From: an uncultured Gammaproteobacteria bacterium
GTDB taxonomy: Bacteria > Patescibacteriota > Patescibacteriia > Magasanikbacterales > UBA922
Assembly: GCA_964412535.1 (NCBI GenBank)
Contig: CAYPPF010000001.1
Location: 1-36,035 of the forward strand
Length of the DNA: 36,035 bases
Reading direction: 5' to 3'
In this document: positions 8,276-17,136 of the stretch, one piece after another
How positions within the stretch are numbered: position 1 is the first letter of the stretch
Layout: every line of letters begins with the position of its first letter
Program-made: the position numbers and the translations under genes
Notes under the pieces: generated by a model
Database searches by the model: none
Seen by the model: only the letters and a program-made list of their open reading frames with translations
What the model was told of the DNA's origin: nothing

Positions 8276-8998
8276 CTATTCCTTCGGAGCCTCGGGTTTG
8301 TCGCCGGGTTCTCCAGCATCGGGCTGGTCTTCGGTTGGGACTGGGAATGGGCCCAGGACTTCGGCACCTAGCAGTTCACTCAGAGCACTGATGAGCGAGC
8401 TTATGCCATAGACCGGCAACTCCCTTCCATATCCCCCCAGTTCTCTCGCTGCTCTCATCTTCTCTGGGGGCAGGCCTTCCATATTTTCGATGTACTGCTT
8501 GTGAGTGAACGGAAGGCTGACTTCCCTTGCTTGTCGCAGGAGTACCAGCGCTTGCGAGGGGACGACAATGTCATCCAATTCCTGGGTAAGGAGGTGGAAC
8601 AGGCCTTCCAGTGAAACGACACCGGCGCCCATTTCTCTTTCCTTGTTCCAGTAGACGTACCCATGAGGAATGATCTCGGAACAGTTCCGGCCACTACAGA
8701 GCTCGAAGCTCATCCCGGCCATCTCTGTGTCCTCAGTCTCGTGGGTGCAGAGCAGCTCCATGAGCGCACCCATGTTCTCGGGCATGCCCGTTTTGCTGAT
8801 CTGATCGCGCAGGACCTGGATTTCATCGGCCGTGTTGTCCGGGTCTCCTGCCAGGTCATAGAGGGTAGCTTCCACCTGGTGCATGGTGAAGACCTTGGTA
8901 GCGTTTCCACCTTCGTCGATGATTCGACCATAGGGCAGACCTACAAGAGCGAGCAATGGTAACTTCTTCTTCTCGAGCGACTGAAAAATTGCCGGCAC
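8276..8998 (-). CDS. Hypothetical protein, strongly GC-elevated
   Basis: Long ORF. AGGAGG lies 6 nt before GTG 8998, the preferred start. Pro/acidic C-terminal tail; no family recognised. Confidence 0.8.
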   Translation of the reverse strand: MPAIFQSLEKKKLPLLALVGLPYGRIIDEGGNATKVFTMHQVEATLYDLAGDPDNTADEIQVLRDQISKTGMPENMGALMELLCTHETEDTEMAGMSFELCSGRNCSEIIPHGYVYWNKEREMGAGVVSLEGLFHLLTQELDDIVVPSQALVLLRQAREVSLPFTHKQYIENMEGLPPEKMRAARELGGYGRELPVYGISSLISALSELLGAEVLGPFPVPTEDQPDAGEPGDKPEAPKE

Positions 8999-9127
8999 GG
9001 GCAACCTCCTCTGTTGTTACTCTCCTCCCCTAGGAGAGTACAGTTATCAATAGTAATTCGGGGGGAAAATACGCAAGGTTTACGTACTTATCCTCCCGGA
9101 TTACTGGTATAAGGAGCGCAGTGGAGT

Positions 9128-9156
9128 ATATTACATCAATATAGTTTGTTTGTCAA
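9128..9156 (-). promoter_or_regulatory. Sigma70 promoter
   Basis: TTGACA-17-TAATAT on the minus strand. Confidence 0.7.
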
Positions 9157-9165
9157 GATCTATTG

Positions 9166-9191
9166 AAAAAAGCCCTTTTATGGGCTTTTTT
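9166..9191. terminator. Intrinsic terminator
   Basis: AAAAAAGCCC-TTTTAT-GGGCTTTTTT immediately after the VKOR stop. Confidence 0.8.
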
Positions 9192-9192
9192 G

Positions 9193-9579
9193 CTAATAAA
9201 TGGCTAGAATTGAGAGAAAAAGGAGTAGATTAATCAAGGCAGACAGAAGGCAGTATAAACAGTATTCTTTTATCTTTACAACTTGAATGTATGTAAGGAA
9301 GAGTGAGTATAGGAACCCAAGACTAGTGGCAATTAAAAGAATCTCTATTTTGTTGTGTATAGATAAAACTGATATACCTATAAGTACTATATAGTATAGC
9401 AGACCCCAGGCTTCATTCTTTACACCCAGAAACTTGTTCCATTTACTTGACAATACAGCATGACAATCGCTGTTTAGGGGACAGGTTAGGGTTTTATTTG
9501 GTCTGTTTTTGTATAGTAAGTAGATTGAGTCTAGGATTCCTAGACAAGCTAGTATAATGAAAATATTAAGTAGTTGCAT
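9193..9579 (-). CDS. Vitamin K epoxide reductase (VKOR) family protein
   Basis: Loop cysteines CPLNSDCHAVLSSKW, active-site CLYC, 4 TM helices. Confidence 0.92.
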   Translation of the reverse strand: MQLLNIFIILACLGILDSIYLLYKNRPNKTLTCPLNSDCHAVLSSKWNKFLGVKNEAWGLLYYIVLIGISVLSIHNKIEILLIATSLGFLYSLFLTYIQVVKIKEYCLYCLLSALINLLLFLSILAIY

Positions 9580-9606
9580 TTTTTAAAAGCTTCTATTTGG
9601 TTAAGA

Positions 9607-10587
9607 TTATTTCCTGTTGGACGGCAAAGGTATAGAAACTTCGATCAAAAATTTTATAGCCTCTTTCAAAACATTCCTAGTTTTACCATAGGTCGGGCTA
9701 TAGTGAATAAACAAATCTGGTTTTCCATTTATCTCTAGAATATTAAAAGATTTTTTTGTTTGTTTTTTTGATATATCTTTACAAATTACGTCCACCCCGA
9801 CAAGATATTTTCCAACTGTTTTTGAGGCAGACACACATATGTCTTTCGCATCTTTGTGAACAAGCTCTGTAACGTCTCGTGTCTCCCCACCCTCTGCTAG
9901 ACAAGAGTTTCTTTTGATATAAATAACCTTGTTTTTGGGGACCACGCTTCTAAGTGAAACCTTTTGACTTTTTAAAATTTGGTTTAATTTTTTATCAAAT
10001 TTCGTCCGCACTTCAGTGTCAGACTGCTTCTCTTTGATAATTTTTTTTACAGTAGAGATACCATCACCAACAATATGAGGGTGAATCATTTCTAGTGCTC
10101 CGATAATTTTTTCACCCAAAACCAAAATTCGATATTCTTTCCCAAAAACCATTTCTTGAGCAACCATGCTTCGGTAATGGGGTAATTCTTTTTTAAGTAT
10201 TTTAAGGGCTTCCTTAGTACTCATAACAGTTGGGAAAACCCCCCGACTATTTGAACCAACAGCATTTTTTAAAATAACAGGATATTTTAAGGTGTCTAAC
10301 TTTTTTGTTGCCTCTGTTTTATTGTAAGTTCTATTATAAAAACATTCTGTGGCCGGGGAAGGTAGACCATTTGCTAGAAGTAGTTTATGGGCAATTTCTT
10401 TACACTTTGTTAACCTCACACTAATAAAAGACTGCCTAGTGATAGAAATATTATTTTCCAACAAAAGACTCTTGCCTTGAATATTGACATAAAAACAATT
10501 TCGCTCTGGGACAAATTCTTCAATTGTACCACCCATGTTCAAAATAACGTTTTTAACTGTAAGAAAGTTTTTATTCCTTTTTTTCAT
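9607..10587 (-). CDS. Stand-alone ATP-grasp ligase of the CphA/GshF-like subtype
   Basis: YPVILKNAVGSNSRGV, GKEYRILV, IVGDGISTVKKII insertion, VGVDVI, ILEINGKP. Confidence 0.8.
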   Translation of the reverse strand: MKKRNKNFLTVKNVILNMGGTIEEFVPERNCFYVNIQGKSLLLENNISITRQSFISVRLTKCKEIAHKLLLANGLPSPATECFYNRTYNKTEATKKLDTLKYPVILKNAVGSNSRGVFPTVMSTKEALKILKKELPHYRSMVAQEMVFGKEYRILVLGEKIIGALEMIHPHIVGDGISTVKKIIKEKQSDTEVRTKFDKKLNQILKSQKVSLRSVVPKNKVIYIKRNSCLAEGGETRDVTELVHKDAKDICVSASKTVGKYLVGVDVICKDISKKQTKKSFNILEINGKPDLFIHYSPTYGKTRNVLKEAIKFLIEVSIPLPSNRK

Positions 10588-10641
10588 TGTATTGTGCTAA
10601 TAAAAAGTATGGGTGGGGTGAAAACGAGAGTTTCTTCTCTA

Positions 10642-11460
10642 TTATTTCAATCCTATAAACGGACTAGCATTGCCCCAATATTGGGGAACCTTGCCATCCC
10701 ATTTTTCTATCCAGCGAAGTTCTACTACTTTAGGATTTTGTAACAAAGCGCTGGCCTCGGTTCGAATGGCCTTAGCCTTACCTTCTGCTTCAACTATTTT
10801 TTGTTCTGCTTCAATTCTAATTCTTTCAAGATCTCTGTCAGCTTTTAATTTCAATTGCTCAGCCGTCACCTTTGCTTCAATCGCTTCATTGAAGGCGTCT
10901 GAGAAGTCAAAATTAACAATGTTGAGTTCATCAACCATAATAAATCTTTCCATTAACCTTTTACTGAGATTGGCCTTGATCTCTTCTTTGACTTCATTCC
11001 TTTTGGTGATAAGTTCTTCGGCAGTGAACTGGGCAGTTGTTGCCTTGACTGCCTCTTGGATACTAGGGGCAATAACGCGGACATTATAATTCGTTCCTAC
11101 TTCCTGCCAGATTTTATTGACTGAAGCAGGATCCAGGTGATAATTCAAGGCAATCTTAGAAGTTACTGTCTGCAAGTCTTTGGAAAAAGCCCGGGCTGGT
11201 ACTTCGTCTTTCTGCATCTTTACATCCATTTTTAGTACTCTTTGGATCAACGGAATTTTTAAATAAAGCCCTTCTTCAAAGATTTTGTCCTCTACCGCTC
11301 CGAATTGGAGTAGTACGCCTCTCTCACCTGCACCCACTGTACCAAAACTACCAAAAATCAATATTACAAGAACAACTCCAATAATCACAAGAGAAGCAAA
11401 CCCTCCAATTTTTTTCCCCACTACCTTTATTTCATTAATTTGTTCATTAATGTTGTCCAT
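10642..11460 (-). CDS. Prohibitin-like SPFH/Band-7 protein
   Basis: TVGAGERGVLLQFG, SKDLQTV, AEELITKR, FSDAFNEAIEAKVTAEQ, IEKWDGKVP. Confidence 0.92.
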   Translation of the reverse strand: MDNINEQINEIKVVGKKIGGFASLVIIGVVLVILIFGSFGTVGAGERGVLLQFGAVEDKIFEEGLYLKIPLIQRVLKMDVKMQKDEVPARAFSKDLQTVTSKIALNYHLDPASVNKIWQEVGTNYNVRVIAPSIQEAVKATTAQFTAEELITKRNEVKEEIKANLSKRLMERFIMVDELNIVNFDFSDAFNEAIEAKVTAEQLKLKADRDLERIRIEAEQKIVEAEGKAKAIRTEASALLQNPKVVELRWIEKWDGKVPQYWGNASPFIGLK

Positions 11461-11514
11461 AGGTATATTTAGTTAAAAGTTGATTATGTTAGTAATGTTT
11501 TAATTAGTGGTCTA

Positions 11515-11543
11515 ATCTTATCAAAGGGGAAAGCTTTAGTCAA
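11515..11543 (-). promoter_or_regulatory. Sigma70 promoter for the prohibitin gene
   Basis: TTGACT-17-TAAGAT with extended -10 TG. Confidence 0.65.
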
Positions 11544-11546
11544 ATT

Positions 11547-11577
11547 AAAAACACTCCGTAGGTACGGAGTGTTTTTT
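11547..11577. terminator. Intrinsic terminator after tRNA-Gln
   Basis: AAAAACACTCCGTA-GG-TACGGAGTGTTTTTT. Confidence 0.85.
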
Positions 11578-11580
11578 GTC

Positions 11581-11654
11581 TGGCTCGGGAGTAGGGATTC
11601 GAACCCCAATAGCTAGGATCAAAACCTAGAGTCCTACCATTAGACGACTCCCGA
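11581..11654 (-). tRNA. tRNA-Gln (anticodon TTG)
   Basis: Minus strand TCGGGAG...CTAGG-TTTTGAT-CCTAG...TGGGG-TTCGAAT-CCCTA-CTCCCGA-G-CCA; CCA encoded. Confidence 0.96.
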
Positions 11655-11666
11655 ATAACGATTAAC

Positions 11667-11696
11667 ATGATACCATAAAAAGGGGGTGTTTGTCAA
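11667..11696 (-). promoter_or_regulatory. tRNA-Gln promoter
   Basis: TTGACA-18-TATCAT with extended -10 TG; the -35 overlaps the TGA stop of the upstream gene. Confidence 0.6.
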
Positions 11697-13837
11697 TCTT
11701 CAAGTAGATATTCATACACCCACACTCTACTATCTCCTAGCTCCCACCAGTTATTAGCCTCCATTTTAGCGTTGTCTCGTATTTCTGCTGCTGGAGCCCA
11801 GTAGCTAGTGTGAATAAAATATGCTTTTTTTACCCCTACGTATCTCATAGCTTGTTCCATCCATTCTTTTTTAGGTTTTTCATACACCATCTTCCTAAAA
11901 AACTGATATAGGGGACCTCCAGTAGGTATAGAATAGAAATAGTGTTTTCCTGCTGGAGTATCAAAGTATTTTACAAAACCAAATTCCCTTAATGCGGCAG
12001 CAGCTACTTTTTGGTTAGAGAGTACTATGTAGTCCTTTATATTGTTGTTTCGGTGGTCAATGAAATGAATTGCATTTATATCAGCCTGCCGTACAGTGTG
12101 TCCAGTGTGAAAAGATACTGGATCACGGGTGGGATATGTAAAATACCAAGAGATTAACAAAAGAAAAGAAAAGAATATGGCTAAGGAGGTTTGGATAACA
12201 GGCTTTTTAGAAGCCCTTAAAAAAACTTCCCTTAAGGTCACCACTAAAAATGGCACTAACAATATCATTATCATCTCCAACACTCTGTTGGCATATACAT
12301 TTTGCTCGTAGGAGATTACGTTAGGGAACTTAATTGCTGTAGAGAGAATAAAGGAAGATATGAATAGACTAATAGAAGTGGTGATATAGAAAGAAGGGGA
12401 CTGCTTCCTATATCTTCGTATAACAACCACTATTCCAACAATAATTAATATTACAAATAATAATTTGATAAAATCCCGATATATATATAACAATTGCCAA
12501 TCTAAAGTACCCTTATGAAGCCATACCCAATGAGGTCTTTTGAAAAGCAAAAGGAATGTTTGTATATTTGCAAAAGGATTTTGTATACCAATCTTCTCTC
12601 CCAATCGTACAGAGTTGATAAAAAAAGCAAAAGGAATAATTAGAGTAAGGATGGTACCATATAGTATATGGGAAAGCGTTCTAATCTTTCCTTTAAGAGG
12701 CACCAAAAGTTTGTACCCCGCATAAACAACTAAAAGAGGTAGACCTACAAACGGATGAATAGAACAAGTGGCCAATATCAATAGAGAAGGAATGATCCAA
12801 GATTTTTTAGTTGCATTCCTGCTTTCATACCACATCCAAGTGAATACAATGTATGCTAGGAGTAGTGCTAGATTGTTGGGGGTGGTGAAAGTAAAGAATA
12901 CCAGAGGAAGTAGGGGAATTAGAAGAATGGCAGGAAACACCTTTCTTTTGAATCCAGTTCTAGAAAAAGAAAAGTATGTGATGAGTGGGACAATAATGCC
13001 AGCTCCAATTGGAACAATGATTTTGTCTATTGCCTCGGTTGATACATGGGAAACGAGATGGGAAAATACTACTAGCATGTACTGTCCAATGTAGTATGGG
13101 TTTTTAGGGAGAATTGCATTGTGTTTTGCAATCCAAGCTTCAGTAGCTTGATGGATAAAAGGATCAAAGCCAAAGCCTAGCTTGAATACTATTAGAGCAA
13201 CACTAAGGACAAGTAAAGAGTGAATTGATGTTAGTAGTAGATTTGAAGGATTATGCTTTGATTTTTGTAGCACCCACAATAAAAGCATGGTGGTGATTGC
13301 AAATATTAGGAAGAACTTAGGACCAAATAAAGTCCATGGGGAGATTAGAGTATCTGTGAATCTCCTAGAGATCAGGACACTGAATAGTGACATCTGTCCT
13401 AAGAATACTAGTACAGCTATTAGTTTTGTAGATAGGTATGATTTTACATGGACATATGAATCAAATTCAAATTCTTTTACTATGTCTGTAAATACATCTA
13501 TATCTATTTCTTTGTTTCGTTGTAGTGATATTAGTAAAGGAATTGCTACTAATAGTACAGAGATTACTTCCTTATCTATTTGGTAGAACCAGTAGACAAG
13601 TGAAAGAAGTATTGTTTGCATGCAGAGCAGTGATATTGTTCCAAAGAAAGTTTGCCAAAATCTTTTTTCTTTTGGTAGGAGCCACTGGCCTAAATAAAAA
13701 CCAAAACAAAGAGAGTATGCAATAAGGGCTACTATATTCCAAGAGTTTGCACTATTGCTCCATACTGAAAAAAGAGCCAGTATTGTCACCAAGGCCCCTA
13801 AAATGATATACTTTCCATTAGTAGCTAATAATTTCAT
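11693..13837 (-). CDS. Large polytopic membrane protein, putative GT-C fold glycosyltransferase
   Basis: Many TM helices, loop motif FGFDPFIH, soluble C-terminal domain. The CDS is clear; function is inferred. Confidence 0.7.
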   Translation of the reverse strand: MKLLATNGKYIILGALVTILALFSVWSNSANSWNIVALIAYSLCFGFYLGQWLLPKEKRFWQTFFGTISLLCMQTILLSLVYWFYQIDKEVISVLLVAIPLLISLQRNKEIDIDVFTDIVKEFEFDSYVHVKSYLSTKLIAVLVFLGQMSLFSVLISRRFTDTLISPWTLFGPKFFLIFAITTMLLLWVLQKSKHNPSNLLLTSIHSLLVLSVALIVFKLGFGFDPFIHQATEAWIAKHNAILPKNPYYIGQYMLVVFSHLVSHVSTEAIDKIIVPIGAGIIVPLITYFSFSRTGFKRKVFPAILLIPLLPLVFFTFTTPNNLALLLAYIVFTWMWYESRNATKKSWIIPSLLILATCSIHPFVGLPLLVVYAGYKLLVPLKGKIRTLSHILYGTILTLIIPFAFFINSVRLGEKIGIQNPFANIQTFLLLFKRPHWVWLHKGTLDWQLLYIYRDFIKLLFVILIIVGIVVVIRRYRKQSPSFYITTSISLFISSFILSTAIKFPNVISYEQNVYANRVLEMIMILLVPFLVVTLREVFLRASKKPVIQTSLAIFFSFLLLISWYFTYPTRDPVSFHTGHTVRQADINAIHFIDHRNNNIKDYIVLSNQKVAAAALREFGFVKYFDTPAGKHYFYSIPTGGPLYQFFRKMVYEKPKKEWMEQAMRYVGVKKAYFIHTSYWAPAAEIRDNAKMEANNWWELGDSRVWVYEYLLED

Positions 13838-13859
13838 ATATAGTTATTTTATCAAATCT

Positions 13860-14483
13860 ATGGATAGAATCAAGTACTTTGTAAAAAAACACCCTAAATT
13901 GTTCACTTATATACATCCAGATCACCTTCATCACCACGACCATTTAATGGATATAGTGTTTTTACGTTTTGTACCTGATTACATTACTCCTAATAGAGTT
14001 ACAGCTTTCAGAGTACTAACAACCCCCATAGTTTTCCTGTTAATACTCTTTGGTTTCTATAAAATAGGGGTGGTCTGCTTTCTTTTAGTTGCATTTACTG
14101 ATGTAATAGATGGTTCTCTAGCTAGGACAAGAAACAAGATTACTAAATTTGGAATGATGTTTGATCCTTTGGCTGATAAGTTTCTGATTGGTTCAATGGT
14201 TCTGTTATTGGTATTTAGGTATTTTAATGTATGGCTAGGAGTAGCTATACTAGGTTTAGAAATTATTTTCATTGTGACTGCTTTAGTTTCTAGTTACAAA
14301 TTCAAGACAGTAAAGATGGCCAATCTTTGGGGAAAGACAAAGATGTTGTTGCAAGTAGTTGCTGTATTTTTCACCTTAATAGCTCTTTTACTGGAAATGC
14401 CGTACTTCTTGACTATAGCTGCCTGGATTTTTGGATTAGCCATTGGATTCGCAATAGTCAGCCTATTTTCTCACGGGATATAA
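13860..14483 (+). CDS. CDP-alcohol phosphatidyltransferase (PgsA-like)
   Basis: ITPNRVT and DVIDGSLAR-x7-GMMFDPLADK signature; start moved to ATG 13860. Confidence 0.92.
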   Translation: MDRIKYFVKKHPKLFTYIHPDHLHHHDHLMDIVFLRFVPDYITPNRVTAFRVLTTPIVFLLILFGFYKIGVVCFLLVAFTDVIDGSLARTRNKITKFGMMFDPLADKFLIGSMVLLLVFRYFNVWLGVAILGLEIIFIVTALVSSYKFKTVKMANLWGKTKMLLQVVAVFFTLIALLLEMPYFLTIAAWIFGLAIGFAIVSLFSHGI

Positions 14484-14487
14484 GGAT

Positions 14488-16704
14488 ATGAATCGAATAA
14501 AGCAAAAGATAGTTTTAGCTAGTCTGTCTGTAGGGCTACTTTTTTTGTATTTCAATCTTCTTTCCTGGCAAATGTCTTGGCTAGGTTTTCTTTTACTTGT
14601 TTTCTACTTGTTAGTTAATTCTTGGTTTTGGCAGGCTATTTGGCAACAGGTATTTGGATTGAACAAAAGGAGTGGTATAAATAAAGTGTTTTCTTGGTTG
14701 ACAACATTTTTTTTACTCTCTTTTTCAGCCTCTTTTTATATTGTTGTTAACAGACTAACTTCTCTTTTAATATGGTTTTGTTTCTTGATCACTTCTGTTG
14801 TTACTGTGGCACTATATTTTTGGATAAAAGGTCATAAATACAGGAGAGGGGAATGTGGGAAAGAAAAAAAAGCTAATTTAGTGTTGTTTGGAAGGAGTTG
14901 GATATTGTTAGCAGCTTTTTTTGCTTTATGGATATCAGGATTCTTTTTTCTAGTGGTATATGGAAAGGGAGATGGAATATTCTCTCCTTGGCAAAATCTT
15001 CATCCATACTCTTTGTTGATATTTTTTGGATTGCTAATCATATCAGGTATTTTGTTGTTCTCTAAATACAAGACAAAGACTTTGTTGTTAGTATTTGTTT
15101 TGTTTTCTTTTTTGATTCACATGTATCTTCCATACTCTTCCATATACCCTTGGGGTGGAGATGCTTGGAGACATATTGGAATAGAGAGCAAGATACAAGA
15201 TGGAGAGCAGATTCTTCCTGTGTTAGTAGGAAATGATGCTGAATGGGTGGAAGTAGTTGGAATTGATCTCCCTAAAGTACTAGTATATCCGCAAAAATAT
15301 ACATATACTCAATTTTGGGCCAGTGTCGTGGTAGTAAATGAGGTAATGCAGTCTGATTTAATTTTTGTTCATCGATGGCTAGGTCCTTTTGTCTGGTCTC
15401 TAGTTATGCCACTCTTGTTGTTTAGGATAGGGCGGTTGTTGTTTGGTAGTAGGAGAAAAGGATTGTGGCTTCCTTGGTTAATGTTTTTGTTTTTTCCTTT
15501 CCAAGCCTTGGGTGGTCTGACTTTGCCAGTAAGTTTGGGGTATTTAACATTCTTTTTTGTAATAATGATGTGGCTGCAGTATGTAAGGGATGGATTACCT
15601 TGGCAGAAAAGAATTGCTTTGCTTTTTAGTGTGTTAATGGTATTTGGATATACTCTTCATTTTATTCTAATCTGGCTTTTGATTCTTTTTACCTTAGTTG
15701 TGAGAAGAATAGCGAAGATAGAGAAGACAGAACTGCAATATACTTCTTTTGCCGGCCTATTTCTCCTTTCATGGTTCGTGTTCCCTGTAATTGAATTGGT
15801 GGGGAAGATGAGTTTTGTTCCTGAGAAGATAGAGTGGTGGAATAACCTGAAACAATTAATTGGCCAGTTTTTTGGCTGGTTCTACGCCTCTAGTATCAGG
15901 CCTCATGATATCCTTAGTGGGAATATACTATTCAACCATACTCCAGGGTGGGCTTTTGTGCCTAGCATATTCAATAGTTGGAGATGGTGGATTATTCCTC
16001 TAATGATTTTGATTATCTTAGCTACTAAGTTTGCTTTTTTCCAAGCTTGGAAGCCCAAGAGTGAGTTTAAGTGGAAGATGGTTATACTTTTTACCGGAAC
16101 TGTAGTTGGAAGCTATATAATATCCTGGTTTGTTTTAGAGGGGGATAGATCTTTAGTACGAAGGATGGATCTTTTCCTTACTCTTGCAATAGCAGTTCTC
16201 TTGATATATACAATCCAATATTTTCTAGTAAAGCTTGATTTGAAAAAACTATACACCAGGATTATTATACTAATTGGAATCTTTGCACTTAGCTGGTTTG
16301 GTGCTTTGGCATATGCTTCTGGTCCCGACCTAAGAGTAGTTGACCATAATGAGTATATTGCCGCTAACCATATATGGGATGAGATGGGGCAAGAAAAGCC
16401 ATACTGTGTACTAGCAGATACTTGGCCTCTCCTAGTTTTGGAAGGAGTGTCTGGTAGAGAGGTTGTTGGTGGAGGTTTTCCAATTGATAATCAATTTGCT
16501 CAACCAGAAAGAGTGGATTTGTTTACTAAGCTCATAAATAGAGAAGTAATTGACTTGGAATGGATGGGGGAGTTGACTGGGGCTGAAAAATGTTGGTTTT
16601 TACGCAAAAGAGGGGAGTCAGAAGAGCTTGATGAAGAGAGTGGAGAGGTATGGATTAATAATTTCGTTGTTTGGGAGCAGGGGTTGAAAAAAGTGGTGAA
16701 ATAA
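14488..16704 (+). CDS. Large polytopic membrane protein, putative GT-C fold glycosyltransferase
   Basis: Many TM helices, loop motif WGGDAWRH, soluble C-terminal domain; same layout as 11693..13837. Confidence 0.7.
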   Translation: MNRIKQKIVLASLSVGLLFLYFNLLSWQMSWLGFLLLVFYLLVNSWFWQAIWQQVFGLNKRSGINKVFSWLTTFFLLSFSASFYIVVNRLTSLLIWFCFLITSVVTVALYFWIKGHKYRRGECGKEKKANLVLFGRSWILLAAFFALWISGFFFLVVYGKGDGIFSPWQNLHPYSLLIFFGLLIISGILLFSKYKTKTLLLVFVLFSFLIHMYLPYSSIYPWGGDAWRHIGIESKIQDGEQILPVLVGNDAEWVEVVGIDLPKVLVYPQKYTYTQFWASVVVVNEVMQSDLIFVHRWLGPFVWSLVMPLLLFRIGRLLFGSRRKGLWLPWLMFLFFPFQALGGLTLPVSLGYLTFFFVIMMWLQYVRDGLPWQKRIALLFSVLMVFGYTLHFILIWLLILFTLVVRRIAKIEKTELQYTSFAGLFLLSWFVFPVIELVGKMSFVPEKIEWWNNLKQLIGQFFGWFYASSIRPHDILSGNILFNHTPGWAFVPSIFNSWRWWIIPLMILIILATKFAFFQAWKPKSEFKWKMVILFTGTVVGSYIISWFVLEGDRSLVRRMDLFLTLAIAVLLIYTIQYFLVKLDLKKLYTRIIILIGIFALSWFGALAYASGPDLRVVDHNEYIAANHIWDEMGQEKPYCVLADTWPLLVLEGVSGREVVGGGFPIDNQFAQPERVDLFTKLINREVIDLEWMGELTGAEKCWFLRKRGESEELDEESGEVWINNFVVWEQGLKKVVK

Positions 16705-16712
16705 GGTAGATT
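16684..16712 (+). promoter_or_regulatory. Sigma70 promoter for HIT-Nudix-rfbB operon
   Basis: TTGAAA-17-TAGATT. Confidence 0.5.
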
Positions 16713-16733
16713 ATAAATTACTAATATAAACAT

Positions 16734-17135
16734 ATGCCTGATTGTATATTTTGTAAAATAGTAGAAGGGGAGATACCTAACTACACAGTGTATGAAGATG
16801 AGAATGTTCTAGCCTTTCTAGATATACATGCCCATGCAAAAGGTCATACTATTGTAATACTCAAAAAACATGGAGAAGTGCTATTTGACTACACTGAAGA
16901 AGAAATCAAAGAATTGTCTCTGGGAGTAAAGAGAGCTATGGACAAGATTGAAAAGGTTCTTTACCCAGATGGATATAACGTAGGATGGAATCAAAAAGAA
17001 GTTGCTGGGCAAGTAATCCCCCATCATCATATTCATATTATGCCTAGATATGATGGAGATGGTGGAGGTAATATGCATAGTGTGGTAAATAACAATGGGG
17101 GAATGAATGTAGAGAAAGTAGCAAAGCTTTTCTAA
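16734..17135 (+). CDS. HIT family hydrolase
   Basis: DCIFCKIV...AFLDI...GHT...AGQVIPHHHIHIMPR. Confidence 0.95.
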   Translation: MPDCIFCKIVEGEIPNYTVYEDENVLAFLDIHAHAKGHTIVILKKHGEVLFDYTEEEIKELSLGVKRAMDKIEKVLYPDGYNVGWNQKEVAGQVIPHHHIHIMPRYDGDGGGNMHSVVNNNGGMNVEKVAKLF

Positions 17136-17136
17136 T

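Noticed and set aside
8268-8278. GGAGGA SD-like motif overlapping the stop of the orphan gene
   Set aside because: No suitably spaced start codon follows on the minus strand.
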